From positions 1-38,118 of the IMG/VR virus record IMGVR_UViG_3300035703_000210: a DNA stretch of 38,118 nt. One strand, given 5' to 3'. The DNA is from a virus. Taxonomy: Duplodnaviria; Caudoviricetes. Made by a program: the position numbers and the translations under genes. The notes under the pieces were generated by a model. That model had not been told where the DNA came from, searched no databases, and was given only the letters and a program-made list of their open reading frames with translations. The stretch's first letter is position 1. Each line of letters begins with the position of its first letter. Positions 18,176-26,372 of the stretch are shown here, piece after piece.

Positions 18176-20203
18176 ATGCACGCTGAACAATTAGCGGTGG
18201 CGCTTGGTAACGCCAAGCGATATAAGCGGGGGTGGTTAGCCAGTTGCCCGGTACCTGGGCATGGCAGCGGGAACGGTGACACGAATCCATCGCTTGCCAT
18301 TACGGACGGGGAAGGTGGAAAGATTCTGCTTAAGTGCTTTGGCGGGTGCGAGCAAGCCGATGTGTTTGAGAGCGTTAAGCCATTGCTTGGTGATGGACAG
18401 TTAGGGTGGAACTCGTTGCCGCCAAGAAGGATCAGTGCTGATCCATTGGAGAACGTTAAACCGATCAGGTTAAACGAGGTTTACGCCTGGGACTACATCA
18501 CGCTCGATGGCGAGATAACGGCGCAGAAAGTGCGTTATGAGCTACCAGGCGGCAAGAAAACTTACCGCCAATATCGAATCGTGGACGGGCAACGGATACC
18601 AACGATTGCGGGTTGGGAGCCAGTGCCCTATAACTTGCCGATGATGGCCGCGCACCCATCAAAGGTTGTCTTTATCACGGAAGGCGAAAAGGCAGCTGAG
18701 TACCTGACAGCGTTTTTGGGGGTGGTGGCCGTGTCGGCGCACCAAGGGGCAAGCGATTGGCCGGAAGCGATCACGCCTTACTTTCAAGACAGGAACGTGG
18801 TGATTCTGCCGGATCACGATTTACCTGGATGGCGTTATGCGAACCGTGTTGCAAAAGCGTTGCAAGGAACGGCAGCGCAGATCCGCATTGTCGATTTGGG
18901 CATGGACGCCATTGGTGATGATGCTTACGAGTGGATTGACGCTGATCACGATTTGGAGGATTTGAAGCAACTCGTACAGCAAACAGCGTTATGGGATGGC
19001 GAGGACGTTCATCCGCCAACACGACTAACGGGAAAAGAAGCCGAGAAGGAACCTGAATCCGTAACGCCTGAAGCGGAACCCTTTGATGATCATGTGCCGA
19101 GACGGTTCAAGGTTGAGATGTGGCGTAACGCTAAAGACGAACCCGTTAAGTGGCTCATTGATCGTGTGATTCCGCAACGTGGATTCATGGCGCTTTACGG
19201 GCCACCAGGCACATTTAAGTCTTTCATAGCCCTACACATGGCCGCCATGGTCGCCAGTGGACAGACGTGGCTAGGCCACGAAGTCCAAAGCGAAGGGGGC
19301 GTGCTGTATGTGGCAGGGGAGGGGCATGGAGGTATCGGGACGCGCATTGCAGGACTGAGAAAGCAGTATGAGCTAACGGACATACCTGTTGGCGTTATCA
19401 GGTCGCAGGTGAACTTGCGAGGATCTGAATCGGATTTCACGGATCTGTTAATCGCCATAGCCGAAAGTGAGATTGAGAAACCAAAGCTGATCATCATTGA
19501 CACGCTAGCCAGAGCATTTGGCGGAGGAAACGAGAACGCCTCGGAGGATATGGGTGCGTTTATTGCGCAATGCGGACGACTCCAAGCGGCAACGGAAGCC
19601 GCCTTGCTTGTTGTTCATCACTCAGGTAAGGACACGTCACTGGGGTTGCGAGGGCACTCAAGTTTCTTAGGTGCCGTGGATACGCAGATTGAGATTACCC
19701 GCCATCAGGAAGCGCAATCAGGGACGTTACGGATTACCAAGCAAAAGGATGGTAAGGACGGTATTGAGATTCACTTTTCACTCAATAGCGTGCAGCTGGA
19801 TCCGCCAAAAGGATTGGGATTTGAATCGGATGAATCAGCGACGTTAGTGGTTAAGGAATTCACGGGTGATTTACCTGATCAGGATGAATTTAAGCCGCCA
19901 TCAGGAAGAGGGAATAAGACGGGAAGGGGTAAGCATCAAGTGATGGCAAGGGAAGCGTTACGCCATGTGATTAAGACGCAAGGCGAGTACAGGATTATGC
20001 AAGGCGAGAGGCATAGGTGCGTAACGGTTGACGTGTGGCGGCAAGAGGTTTACACGCGACTTGGGAGCGATGTTGAGGACAGCGATAAGCGGAAACGTTG
20101 GAAGGAATTGCGCGATACGTTAGCCGATATTGGTTATACCGCCATGCGTGATGAGTGGGTTTGGATAGCGTATGCGTCCGAAGTGCGTCCGAATGAGTTT
20201 TAG
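18176..20203 (+). CDS. DNA primase-helicase (Zn finger, TOPRIM, RepA/AAA_25-type helicase)
   Basis: 'CPVPGH...PSL...KCFGGC', 'ITEGEKAAE', 'LPDHDLPG', Walker A 'GPPGTFKS', 'IIIDTLAR', 'VVHHSGKD' and 'LRGHSSF'. Confidence 0.92.
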   Translation: MHAEQLAVALGNAKRYKRGWLASCPVPGHGSGNGDTNPSLAITDGEGGKILLKCFGGCEQADVFESVKPLLGDGQLGWNSLPPRRISADPLENVKPIRLNEVYAWDYITLDGEITAQKVRYELPGGKKTYRQYRIVDGQRIPTIAGWEPVPYNLPMMAAHPSKVVFITEGEKAAEYLTAFLGVVAVSAHQGASDWPEAITPYFQDRNVVILPDHDLPGWRYANRVAKALQGTAAQIRIVDLGMDAIGDDAYEWIDADHDLEDLKQLVQQTALWDGEDVHPPTRLTGKEAEKEPESVTPEAEPFDDHVPRRFKVEMWRNAKDEPVKWLIDRVIPQRGFMALYGPPGTFKSFIALHMAAMVASGQTWLGHEVQSEGGVLYVAGEGHGGIGTRIAGLRKQYELTDIPVGVIRSQVNLRGSESDFTDLLIAIAESEIEKPKLIIIDTLARAFGGGNENASEDMGAFIAQCGRLQAATEAALLVVHHSGKDTSLGLRGHSSFLGAVDTQIEITRHQEAQSGTLRITKQKDGKDGIEIHFSLNSVQLDPPKGLGFESDESATLVVKEFTGDLPDQDEFKPPSGRGNKTGRGKHQVMAREALRHVIKTQGEYRIMQGERHRCVTVDVWRQEVYTRLGSDVEDSDKRKRWKELRDTLADIGYTAMRDEWVWIAYASEVRPNEF

Positions 20204-20362
20204 CGTCCTAAATAACCATGTCCGAAACAGTTAAAAACGTCCTGAAACGTCCGGAAAACCGTCCTGGATTGTCCGTAATGGTTAACGAACAAAAAGCGAA
20301 CGCGTCCGATATGTGTGTGTGTCTGAAAGACACACATTCGGACGCTTCAATGTTTCGGACGT
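20172..20362. repeat. GTCC iteron-like array plus hairpin, putative replication origin
   Basis: GTCC starts at 20176, 20187, 20205, 20220, 20239, 20249, 20261, 20271 and 20304, with inverted GGAC at 20340 and 20357. Hairpin GCGTCCGA..TGTGTGTCT-gaa-AGACACACA..TCGGACGC. Confidence 0.7.
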
Positions 20363-20481
20363 TGGTTTTGATTTGATCCTTATGGCGGGTAACAGGAAAG
20401 CGCAATGAGGATGGCGATGAACGGATGAATGGTTAAGTGTGATTGGATAGCAGATAGCAGAGAACAGAAAGGATTGATGTT

Positions 20482-21144
20482 ATGGCGGGCAACAGGAACA
20501 AGGGAAAGGTAAAAACTTATCTTCATGGCGGTAACCCGGAAGACCGTTTGAAGAATCCGTTTGAAGTGGATGATGCGATTGTGTTGGCGATGAACGCGGC
20601 AGCCGTTGGCGTTATGGCGAGGAAACGGGAAGCGGATCAGCGTTGGGGCCTGGATCGTTTGGCGGAACTTGTGAGCGAGGAAACACGTTTACGGTTTTGG
20701 CGGCAACTGATGCGTTGTCGGGATGCGTATAGAGCGAGGGACGTGGAAGCGTATCGCTCGGCTTGTGCCGGTATGAAGCGTGCTTATGATGCGTTAGAGA
20801 AGGAAGCGGAATCGCTTGGCGGGAAAGTGTTGAGCGTGAACGTGCTTGAGGGTCAGCGTGAGGATGGGAGCGTGTTTGCGGTTTGCGAAGATCCGGCGTC
20901 GGCTTACGCGTATGGCGAGATGAGGCCAGCGTGTGACTGTTGGACGATGGAAGAGATTGCGGTGATCTTGCAGCAGGAGTTTTTCACGCAAGCCGTTAAC
21001 ATTAAGCGCGCTATGCCTGGCGCTGAAGTGTTGTCCGTGATGGCACCAGAGGATATTGGGCCGGTTTACAGCGGGAACAGTGACCAGGCTTATGCGTTGA
21101 GTAAAGAGGCTTTAGGGACGATGGAACGAGTTAAGAAGGGGTAA
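20482..21144 (+). CDS. Hypothetical phage protein
   Basis: 220 aa ORF with an AAGGA RBS and 'ADQRWGLDRL.ELVS'. Confidence 0.7.
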   Translation: MAGNRNKGKVKTYLHGGNPEDRLKNPFEVDDAIVLAMNAAAVGVMARKREADQRWGLDRLAELVSEETRLRFWRQLMRCRDAYRARDVEAYRSACAGMKRAYDALEKEAESLGGKVLSVNVLEGQREDGSVFAVCEDPASAYAYGEMRPACDCWTMEEIAVILQQEFFTQAVNIKRAMPGAEVLSVMAPEDIGPVYSGNSDQAYALSKEALGTMERVKKG

Positions 21145-21150
21145 GTACCA

Positions 21151-21855
21151 ATGGAAAGAGAAAATGCGTCAGCGGGCGTTTTAACGCGTTTGAAGGGTAT
21201 TGGCGAAGTGGGGCAAGGTATGGTGAGCGAGGAAAGCGTTAACGAGGGGCAGGGAACAGTGAACGCGCAACGCGTTAACGAGGAACAGGGCGAGTTGCGC
21301 AAAGCGCAGGACGCCGCGGGGGGAGAAGGCGAGTTAACAGTGATCGAGGAAAGCGATCAGGGCGCAGGGTTCGAAGAACAAGGCGCAATGATGTCGAACA
21401 AGAAGCGAAGGGAAGCGCGTTCAATCGTTAACAAGGCCGTGCATAAACTTCCTGGCGGTGAGGATGAACTGTTTGATCGTGTCGCTAGCGGTGAACGGAT
21501 TAGCTCGATCATTGCTCAACTTCGCGTAAGCGAAGGAGCGTTTTACGCGTGGACTGAAACCACTCCAGAGCGCGCCGAGCAATTCTCGCGGGCGCGTGCA
21601 CGCGCTGCGCACGCGTTAGCAGAACAAGGGTTGGAGATTGTCGATAGCGCGACAGTGGTTGAGGCTAACCTCGCAAACGTGCGAGCGCGTTACCGACAAT
21701 GGCTAGCATCGAAGTGGAACCAACAGACGTATGGCGACAACAAGAACCAGGTAACGGTTCAACTAAGCATCAACACGGCGCATTTACAGGCCAATCGCGT
21801 AAACGCCGTAAACGACCATTCCAATGTGATTGATGTTGCGCCGCACAACGACTGA
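21151..21855 (+). CDS. terS: Terminase small subunit (Sf6 gp1-like) with acidic repetitive N-terminal extension
   Basis: HTH 'LFDRVASGE.ISSI...VSEGAFYAW', 'FSRARARAAHALAEQGLEIVD' and 'RQWLASKWN...YGD'. True start may be 21388. Confidence 0.75.
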   Translation: MERENASAGVLTRLKGIGEVGQGMVSEESVNEGQGTVNAQRVNEEQGELRKAQDAAGGEGELTVIEESDQGAGFEEQGAMMSNKKRREARSIVNKAVHKLPGGEDELFDRVASGERISSIIAQLRVSEGAFYAWTETTPERAEQFSRARARAAHALAEQGLEIVDSATVVEANLANVRARYRQWLASKWNQQTYGDNKNQVTVQLSINTAHLQANRVNAVNDHSNVIDVAPHND

Positions 21856-21885
21856 CGCGTTGCGCTGACGCCACGCCCGGTGCGC

Positions 21886-21923
21886 GGCCACCCCCCCCCT
21901 TGCGAAGTTTCGGGGGGCGGGCC
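21886..21923. other. GC-rich hairpin (C9 paired with a G-rich arm) downstream of terS
   Basis: GGCCA-C9-ttgcgaagtttc-GGGGGGCGGGCC. Confidence 0.6.
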
Positions 21924-21964
21924 TGGTGCGGCACCAAACACGCGCCCACTTATGCTTCGCATCG

Positions 21965-22000
21965 CGGGCACTTGTTTCCTTGCCGGGCACTTGTTTCCTT
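21965..22000 (+). repeat. 17-bp direct repeat, two copies
   Basis: CGGGCACTTGTTTCCTT at 21965-21981 and 21984-22000, with a third partial CGGGCAC at 22017. Confidence 0.9.
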
Positions 22001-22139
22001 TCCGCGTTCCGCATCACGGGCACCCACCACCCGTACCGTTCATCCGTTCGTCGGCCAACCGAAAAAAATTCCAGTAAGCGCAACACATGACTGTAAACGC
22101 GGTGTACAGTTACACCACTGACACAACACGAGGGTAAGC

Positions 22140-22223
22140 ATGAGTTCCAGCACAACAACTTTGATTCTTGGCGGTGCCGCGTTCGGCGCTTTGTATGCAC
22201 TGATGGTTTGGATCGCGTTATGA
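22140..22223 (+). CDS. 27-aa hydrophobic membrane peptide, not in the ORF track
   Basis: MSSSTTTLILGGAAFGALYALMVWIAL*. GAGGG RBS and ATGA coupling to the recombinase. Confidence 0.55.
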   Translation: MSSSTTTLILGGAAFGALYALMVWIAL

Positions 22224-22879
22224 ATTACGGATATTTGAGGGTTAGCACGGATGAGCAAGCCAACGGTACGAGCCTGGACACGCAACGCAGGGAAGTGACG
22301 GGTAACGCGTTAACGCATAATTTGGTGATTGATCAGTTTATTGAGGATGCTGGTGTATCGGGGCATTTGAATTTTCTTGATCGTTTGGCGGCAAACGGTG
22401 TAACGCCGCAACCAGGTGATGTGATTGTTGTGGCGAAACTTGATCGGTTCAGCCGTAACTCGATGGATACGTTGAACACGGTTCACGCGTTCAAGGAAAA
22501 GCAGATCCGGTTGATCATCAACGGGCATGGCGACGTAACGGATGAGAAGAACATTTACGGGCAGCTGATGCTTGAGATCATGGCGGCCTTTGCTACGCAT
22601 GAGCGCCGCGTGATTAAGGATCGGCAGCGCGTTGGACAGGCCGCCAAGCGAAAGGCTGGCGGGCACATTGGCGGCCATGCACCGTTTGGGTTTAGGGTTG
22701 AGGGCAGCGGGAAAAATGCCGCGCTCGTGCCCATTGCCGAGCAGCAAGCGGCCATTGAAACGATGAAATCGCTTGCTGGTTCCATGTCACTGCGCGCCAT
22801 TGCCGATGAAGTGAGAAAGCGTCACGGCGTGGCCATTTCGCATGTGGCGGTTAAAAAGGTATTGAATCGTGGAAATTAG
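22220..22879 (+). CDS. Serine recombinase (resolvase/invertase family)
   Basis: 'YGYLRVSTDEQ' (catalytic Ser), 'DAGVSG', 'VVAKLDRFSRN', 'AFATHERRVIKDR', 'GGHAPFGF' and C-terminal HTH 'SLRAIADEV'. Confidence 0.93.
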   Translation: MNYGYLRVSTDEQANGTSLDTQRREVTGNALTHNLVIDQFIEDAGVSGHLNFLDRLAANGVTPQPGDVIVVAKLDRFSRNSMDTLNTVHAFKEKQIRLIINGHGDVTDEKNIYGQLMLEIMAAFATHERRVIKDRQRVGQAAKRKAGGHIGGHAPFGFRVEGSGKNAALVPIAEQQAAIETMKSLAGSMSLRAIADEVRKRHGVAISHVAVKKVLNRGN

Positions 22880-24290
22880 GACGCAAGAGGATCTGAATCG
22901 TGTGTTTGTTGAGGCGATCAACAAGTACCGAAAGAACGCACCGCTTTTTGTGCGGGAAGTGATAGGGGTTACGCCTGACGCGTGGCAGGATGAGTTTTTG
23001 AAAGCCATATCGGATGGCGAGCGAAAGATTAGCGTGCGATCCGGTCACGGTGTAGGTAAGTCAACCGGCGCTTCCTGGGCAATGATTTGGTATGTGTTGA
23101 CGCGCTACCCGGTTAAGGTGGTTGTGACCGCGCCAACGAGTAGTCAGTTGTATGACGCACTCTTTGCTGAACTCAAGCGATGGGTGAAAGAGTTGCCACC
23201 CTTGTGGCGCGAGTTGCTTGAGATGAAAACGGATCGCATTGAGCTTGTGGCGTCACCCACGGAAGCGTTTATATCGGCTCGCACATCGCGTGCCGAGCAA
23301 CCTGAAGCCTTACAGGGCGTGCATTCGGATAACGTGATGCTTGTGGCGGATGAAGCGTCAGGGATTCCTGAGGCCGTGTTTGAGGCTGCCGCGGGTTCTA
23401 TGTCAGGGCATAACGCTGTCACGATTTTGCTTGGGAACCCAACGAAGTCCAGCGGGTTTTTCTTTGAGACGCACAACCGTTTGAAGGATGAATGGTGGAC
23501 GCGTCGCGTGTCTTGCTATGACTCAAGGCGCGTGAGCAAGGAATATATCCAGGACATGGCTTCGCGCTATGGCGAGGAATCCAACGCGTTTCGTGTTCGC
23601 GTGTTGGGTGAGTTTCCTGCAACCGATGACGATACGTTGATTGGCGTTGAACTTGTTGATAGCGCGTTTCACCGTGACGTTGCACCGACAGAGTCGCCCG
23701 TGATCTGGGGTTTGGATGTAGCAAGGTTTGGCACGGATTCCACGGCACTTGCTAAAAGGAAAGGGAACACGGTTACGGAGATCAGGAAGTGGAGGAACCT
23801 GGATCTGATGCAAACAACGGGTGCCGTTGTGAGCGAGTACGAGGTAACGCGTCTTGAGGATAGGCCTGTTGAGATTCTGGTTGACTCGATAGGGTTAGGT
23901 GCTGGCGTTGTTGATCGGTTGCGTGAGTTGAATATGCCAGCGCGTGGTGTGAATGTTTCAGAGTCACCTGCTTTGGGGAACACCTACATTAATTTGCGGG
24001 CTGAGCTATGGGGACGCATGAAAGCGTGGCTTGAAAAGCGCGACTGCAAGGTACCTAAAGATGAGTCGCTTTTGGCGGAACTCGTTGCACCGCGCTACTC
24101 GTTTAATTCCAGCGGCAAGATGAAACTTGAAAGCAAAGATGAGATGCGCAAGCGCGGCATGGGTTCACCCGATATGGCTGACGCTTTGGCGTTGACCTTT
24201 GCCAGCGAAGCAGGAACCGCGTTGTACGGGAAGGCTTACAACTCCCAATGGGGTAAGCCAATTAAGAGGAACTTGAGGGCAGTTGTTTAA
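22869..24290 (+). CDS. terL: Terminase large subunit
   Basis: Walker A 'SGHGVGKS', Walker B 'LVADEASG', 'LLGNPT', nuclease 'GLDVARFGTD' and 'SPDMADAL'. Confidence 0.95.
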   Translation: MEIRTQEDLNRVFVEAINKYRKNAPLFVREVIGVTPDAWQDEFLKAISDGERKISVRSGHGVGKSTGASWAMIWYVLTRYPVKVVVTAPTSSQLYDALFAELKRWVKELPPLWRELLEMKTDRIELVASPTEAFISARTSRAEQPEALQGVHSDNVMLVADEASGIPEAVFEAAAGSMSGHNAVTILLGNPTKSSGFFFETHNRLKDEWWTRRVSCYDSRRVSKEYIQDMASRYGEESNAFRVRVLGEFPATDDDTLIGVELVDSAFHRDVAPTESPVIWGLDVARFGTDSTALAKRKGNTVTEIRKWRNLDLMQTTGAVVSEYEVTRLEDRPVEILVDSIGLGAGVVDRLRELNMPARGVNVSESPALGNTYINLRAELWGRMKAWLEKRDCKVPKDESLLAELVAPRYSFNSSGKMKLESKDEMRKRGMGSPDMADALALTFASEAGTALYGKAYNSQWGKPIKRNLRAVV

Positions 24291-24303
24291 CAGGAGAAAA
24301 GAA

Positions 24304-24624
24304 ATGGCGATTCACGCGAAGATGTTTAAGGAAACAAGAAAGAAGATGATCTTTGATTACCTGAAAGGGTTAAAAAACCCTGTCAACGCTTGGCACCTGG
24401 CTGAGAAGTTCGATATAACCACCAAAAGGGTTGATCAACTCATGTCCGAATTGGCGGCAGATGATCTTGTTGTTAAGTCCAAGGGGATCAAAGATATTGA
24501 TGTTCCATGGAAGAAAACCTTTGTTAATTACTTTGAAGTGAAAGAGGAATACAAGACCTTTAAGCCGCGCAAGCCTAAGGAGAAAGTGCTGTGGCATAAC
24601 CCGTTTGGGATAAGGGCAGCGTGA
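24304..24624 (+). CDS. Winged-HTH DNA-binding protein
   Basis: 'IFDYLKGLKNPVNAWHLAEKFDITTKRVDQLMSELAADDLV'. AGGAG RBS before ATG24304. Confidence 0.7.
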   Translation: MAIHAKMFKETRKKMIFDYLKGLKNPVNAWHLAEKFDITTKRVDQLMSELAADDLVVKSKGIKDIDVPWKKTFVNYFEVKEEYKTFKPRKPKEKVLWHNPFGIRAA

Positions 24625-24806
24625 AAGATTACCTTGCAGGCCAAGCCATATGGCGCACACCAGGCGATGATCCGCCACCGCTTGGCGTCAAGATGCTCCT
24701 ACTAAACCCCGGCGGCGTGTGCGTGATCGGAACATGGGAGACGTGGGCTATTGCCTGGGCACCGCTGCCAAAGGTGCCTGAACATATTAAGGATGCGTTG
24801 AAATGA
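24621..24806 (+). CDS. Hypothetical protein (DUF551-like Trp/Pro pattern)
   Basis: 'W.TP.DDPPP.G.KMLL...IGTW...AWAPLP'. Confidence 0.6.
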   Translation: MKDYLAGQAIWRTPGDDPPPLGVKMLLLNPGGVCVIGTWETWAIAWAPLPKVPEHIKDALK

Positions 24807-24997
24807 AAGACTTAACGATTGGCGATGTGATGGGCATTGCCAGGAATACGGGGTTTGATCAGCATGCAGAGAATCTATTTATCTTTGCAGCGCAGATTGA
24901 GTTTGTGGCAAGCGAAGCGCGCTTAAACCATTGCATCGAAGTGCTAGAGAAGAACGGTTACACGGATGCAGCAGATCTATTGAAAGGACAAGGATGA
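24803..24997 (+). CDS. Hypothetical protein
   Basis: 64 aa, ATGA-coupled on both sides. Confidence 0.65.
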   Translation: MKDLTIGDVMGIARNTGFDQHAENLFIFAAQIEFVASEARLNHCIEVLEKNGYTDAADLLKGQG

Positions 24998-25164
24998 ACC
25001 TAGAGCAAATGGCGATCAAAGCCACGGTTAACAGTTTGGTTGAGAACATCCACCCGTCCGTCAAAGCGGATGTGGCAAACGAAATCGCGCAAGAGTTGCT
25101 TGAGCTAACCGATCAGTTGTTGGCGGATTGCGTGGAATTGCTGAGGCGTTTGAATAAAGAATGA
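24994..25164 (+). CDS. Hypothetical helical protein
   Basis: Start re-assigned to ATG24994 (ATGA overlap, AAGGA RBS). Confidence 0.6.
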   Translation: MNLEQMAIKATVNSLVENIHPSVKADVANEIAQELLELTDQLLADCVELLRRLNKE

Positions 25165-25844
25165 TCCACTATCACGGAACACCAATTACGCCTAGAGCAG
25201 TTTTAGAGACTTTATCCGGTGAGCACTTTTGTATTTCCTATGCCGATCCAAGGGACTTAAAAACCTGTCTGAAAATTGGTCAGTCATTGATGCTGGACAA
25301 CGGGGCATTTAGCGCAAAGACACGAGGGTTGCCGTTTGATCCTGACGGGTTTTATCAATGGCTTGATCCTATTCTTGGCCATCCACATTGGGGGGTTGTT
25401 CCCGATGTAATTGATGGGCCTGAAGATCAACAGCGCAAGATGGTTGCAACATGGCCGTTTCCAAAGTCTTTAGGCATTCCAGTTTGGCATCTAGGCTTAT
25501 CGTTGGATTACCTTTGCGAACTTGTTGACGATTGGGGTCGAGTTTGTCTCGGCTCATCTGGCGAATACTGGAATGTTGGTGATGCAAAGTGGCAGGGCAG
25601 AATGGATGAAACATTTAACCGGCTTGCAAAAACATTCGGTCGGTTACCTTGGACGCATGGAATGCGGATGTTGGGACAAGGGCTTGAGCGCTGGCCTTTA
25701 TCAAGCGCAGACTCAACAAACGTTGCTGTCAACCATAAAAGCATGACTGAATGCGCTTATTGCATGGCAAAGCGTATTGACTCAGAAAACCCACCTAACC
25801 ATTGGAACCTTAGACCTGTACAGGAGAACTTATGCTTTACATAG
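25161..25844 (+). CDS. Compact TGT-fold (DpdA-like) guanine transglycosylase-like protein
   Basis: Ordered TGT-like motifs 'LMLDNGAFS', 'VVPDVI', 'IPVWH', 'RVCLGSSG', 'THGM' and 'SSADSTN'. Adjacent to a VUT transporter. Confidence 0.6.
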   Translation: MIHYHGTPITPRAVLETLSGEHFCISYADPRDLKTCLKIGQSLMLDNGAFSAKTRGLPFDPDGFYQWLDPILGHPHWGVVPDVIDGPEDQQRKMVATWPFPKSLGIPVWHLGLSLDYLCELVDDWGRVCLGSSGEYWNVGDAKWQGRMDETFNRLAKTFGRLPWTHGMRMLGQGLERWPLSSADSTNVAVNHKSMTECAYCMAKRIDSENPPNHWNLRPVQENLCFT

Positions 25845-26329
25845 CTATTGGTATTTACACGATTGCAATGACGCTTGCCAATCTTTCGGTCGCTGCGTTT
25901 GGGCCAGCAATCAGCCCGATCAATGCTTTTCTGTTCATAGGTTTAGATTTGGCGTTAAGAGATTGGTTACACGTAAAGCTAAGACTGTGGCAAATGGGTG
26001 CGCTCATAGCATTGTCTGGAGTTCTCACTTATTTGCTTAACCCTGCTAGCGGGAAAATTGCCATAGCGTCGGCTTGCGCGTTTACCTTAGCCGCACTGGT
26101 TGACTGGGTTGTTTTTGTAAAGATGAAAGGTTCGTGGTTTTCTAGGGCAAACAAAAGCAACGTTGCCGGTGCCGCAGTTGATTCCCTTGTATTCCCCACG
26201 ATTGCGTTTGGATCGTTAATGCCTGGAATCGTTCTTTTGCAGTTTGTGGCTAAAATTTTTGGTGGGTTTGTATGGGCATACATTGTTGAAAAACTTAATC
26301 ACCAACAACCAATGTTTGCTGGCGATTAA
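25832..26329 (+). CDS. VUT-family (YhhQ-like) queuosine-precursor transporter
   Basis: Multi-TM protein with 'LANL', 'IGLDLALRDWL', 'IAIASACAF..A.LVD..VF', 'SNVAGAAVDSLVFPTIAFG' and 'QFVAK'. Confidence 0.85.
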   Translation: MLYIAIGIYTIAMTLANLSVAAFGPAISPINAFLFIGLDLALRDWLHVKLRLWQMGALIALSGVLTYLLNPASGKIAIASACAFTLAALVDWVVFVKMKGSWFSRANKSNVAGAAVDSLVFPTIAFGSLMPGIVLLQFVAKIFGGFVWAYIVEKLNHQQPMFAGD

Positions 26330-26335
26330 CACGCC

Positions 26336-26372
26336 GCTTGCATTTTTGCAAGCCTATTGATAAGGTGCGCGC
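26336..26372 (+). promoter_or_regulatory. Putative sigma70 promoter (leaderless) with palindrome over the -35
   Basis: TTGCAT (26338), 17 bp, TGA-TAAGGT (26361), 6 nt, ATG26373. GCTTGCA-tttt-TGCAAGC at 26336-26353. Confidence 0.6.

Noticed and set aside
20172-20362. GTCC repeats as a CRISPR or mini-array
   Set aside because: The repeat core is only 4-7 bp with irregular 10-33 bp spacing, which does not fit CRISPR geometry.
9424-22140. tRNA or known ncRNA genes in intergenic gaps
   Set aside because: No cloverleaf or T-loop signature was found in the few gaps large enough.
22220-22879. IS607-family insertion sequence
   Set aside because: There is no N-terminal MerR-like HTH and no tnpB, and the gene is translationally coupled to its phage neighbours.
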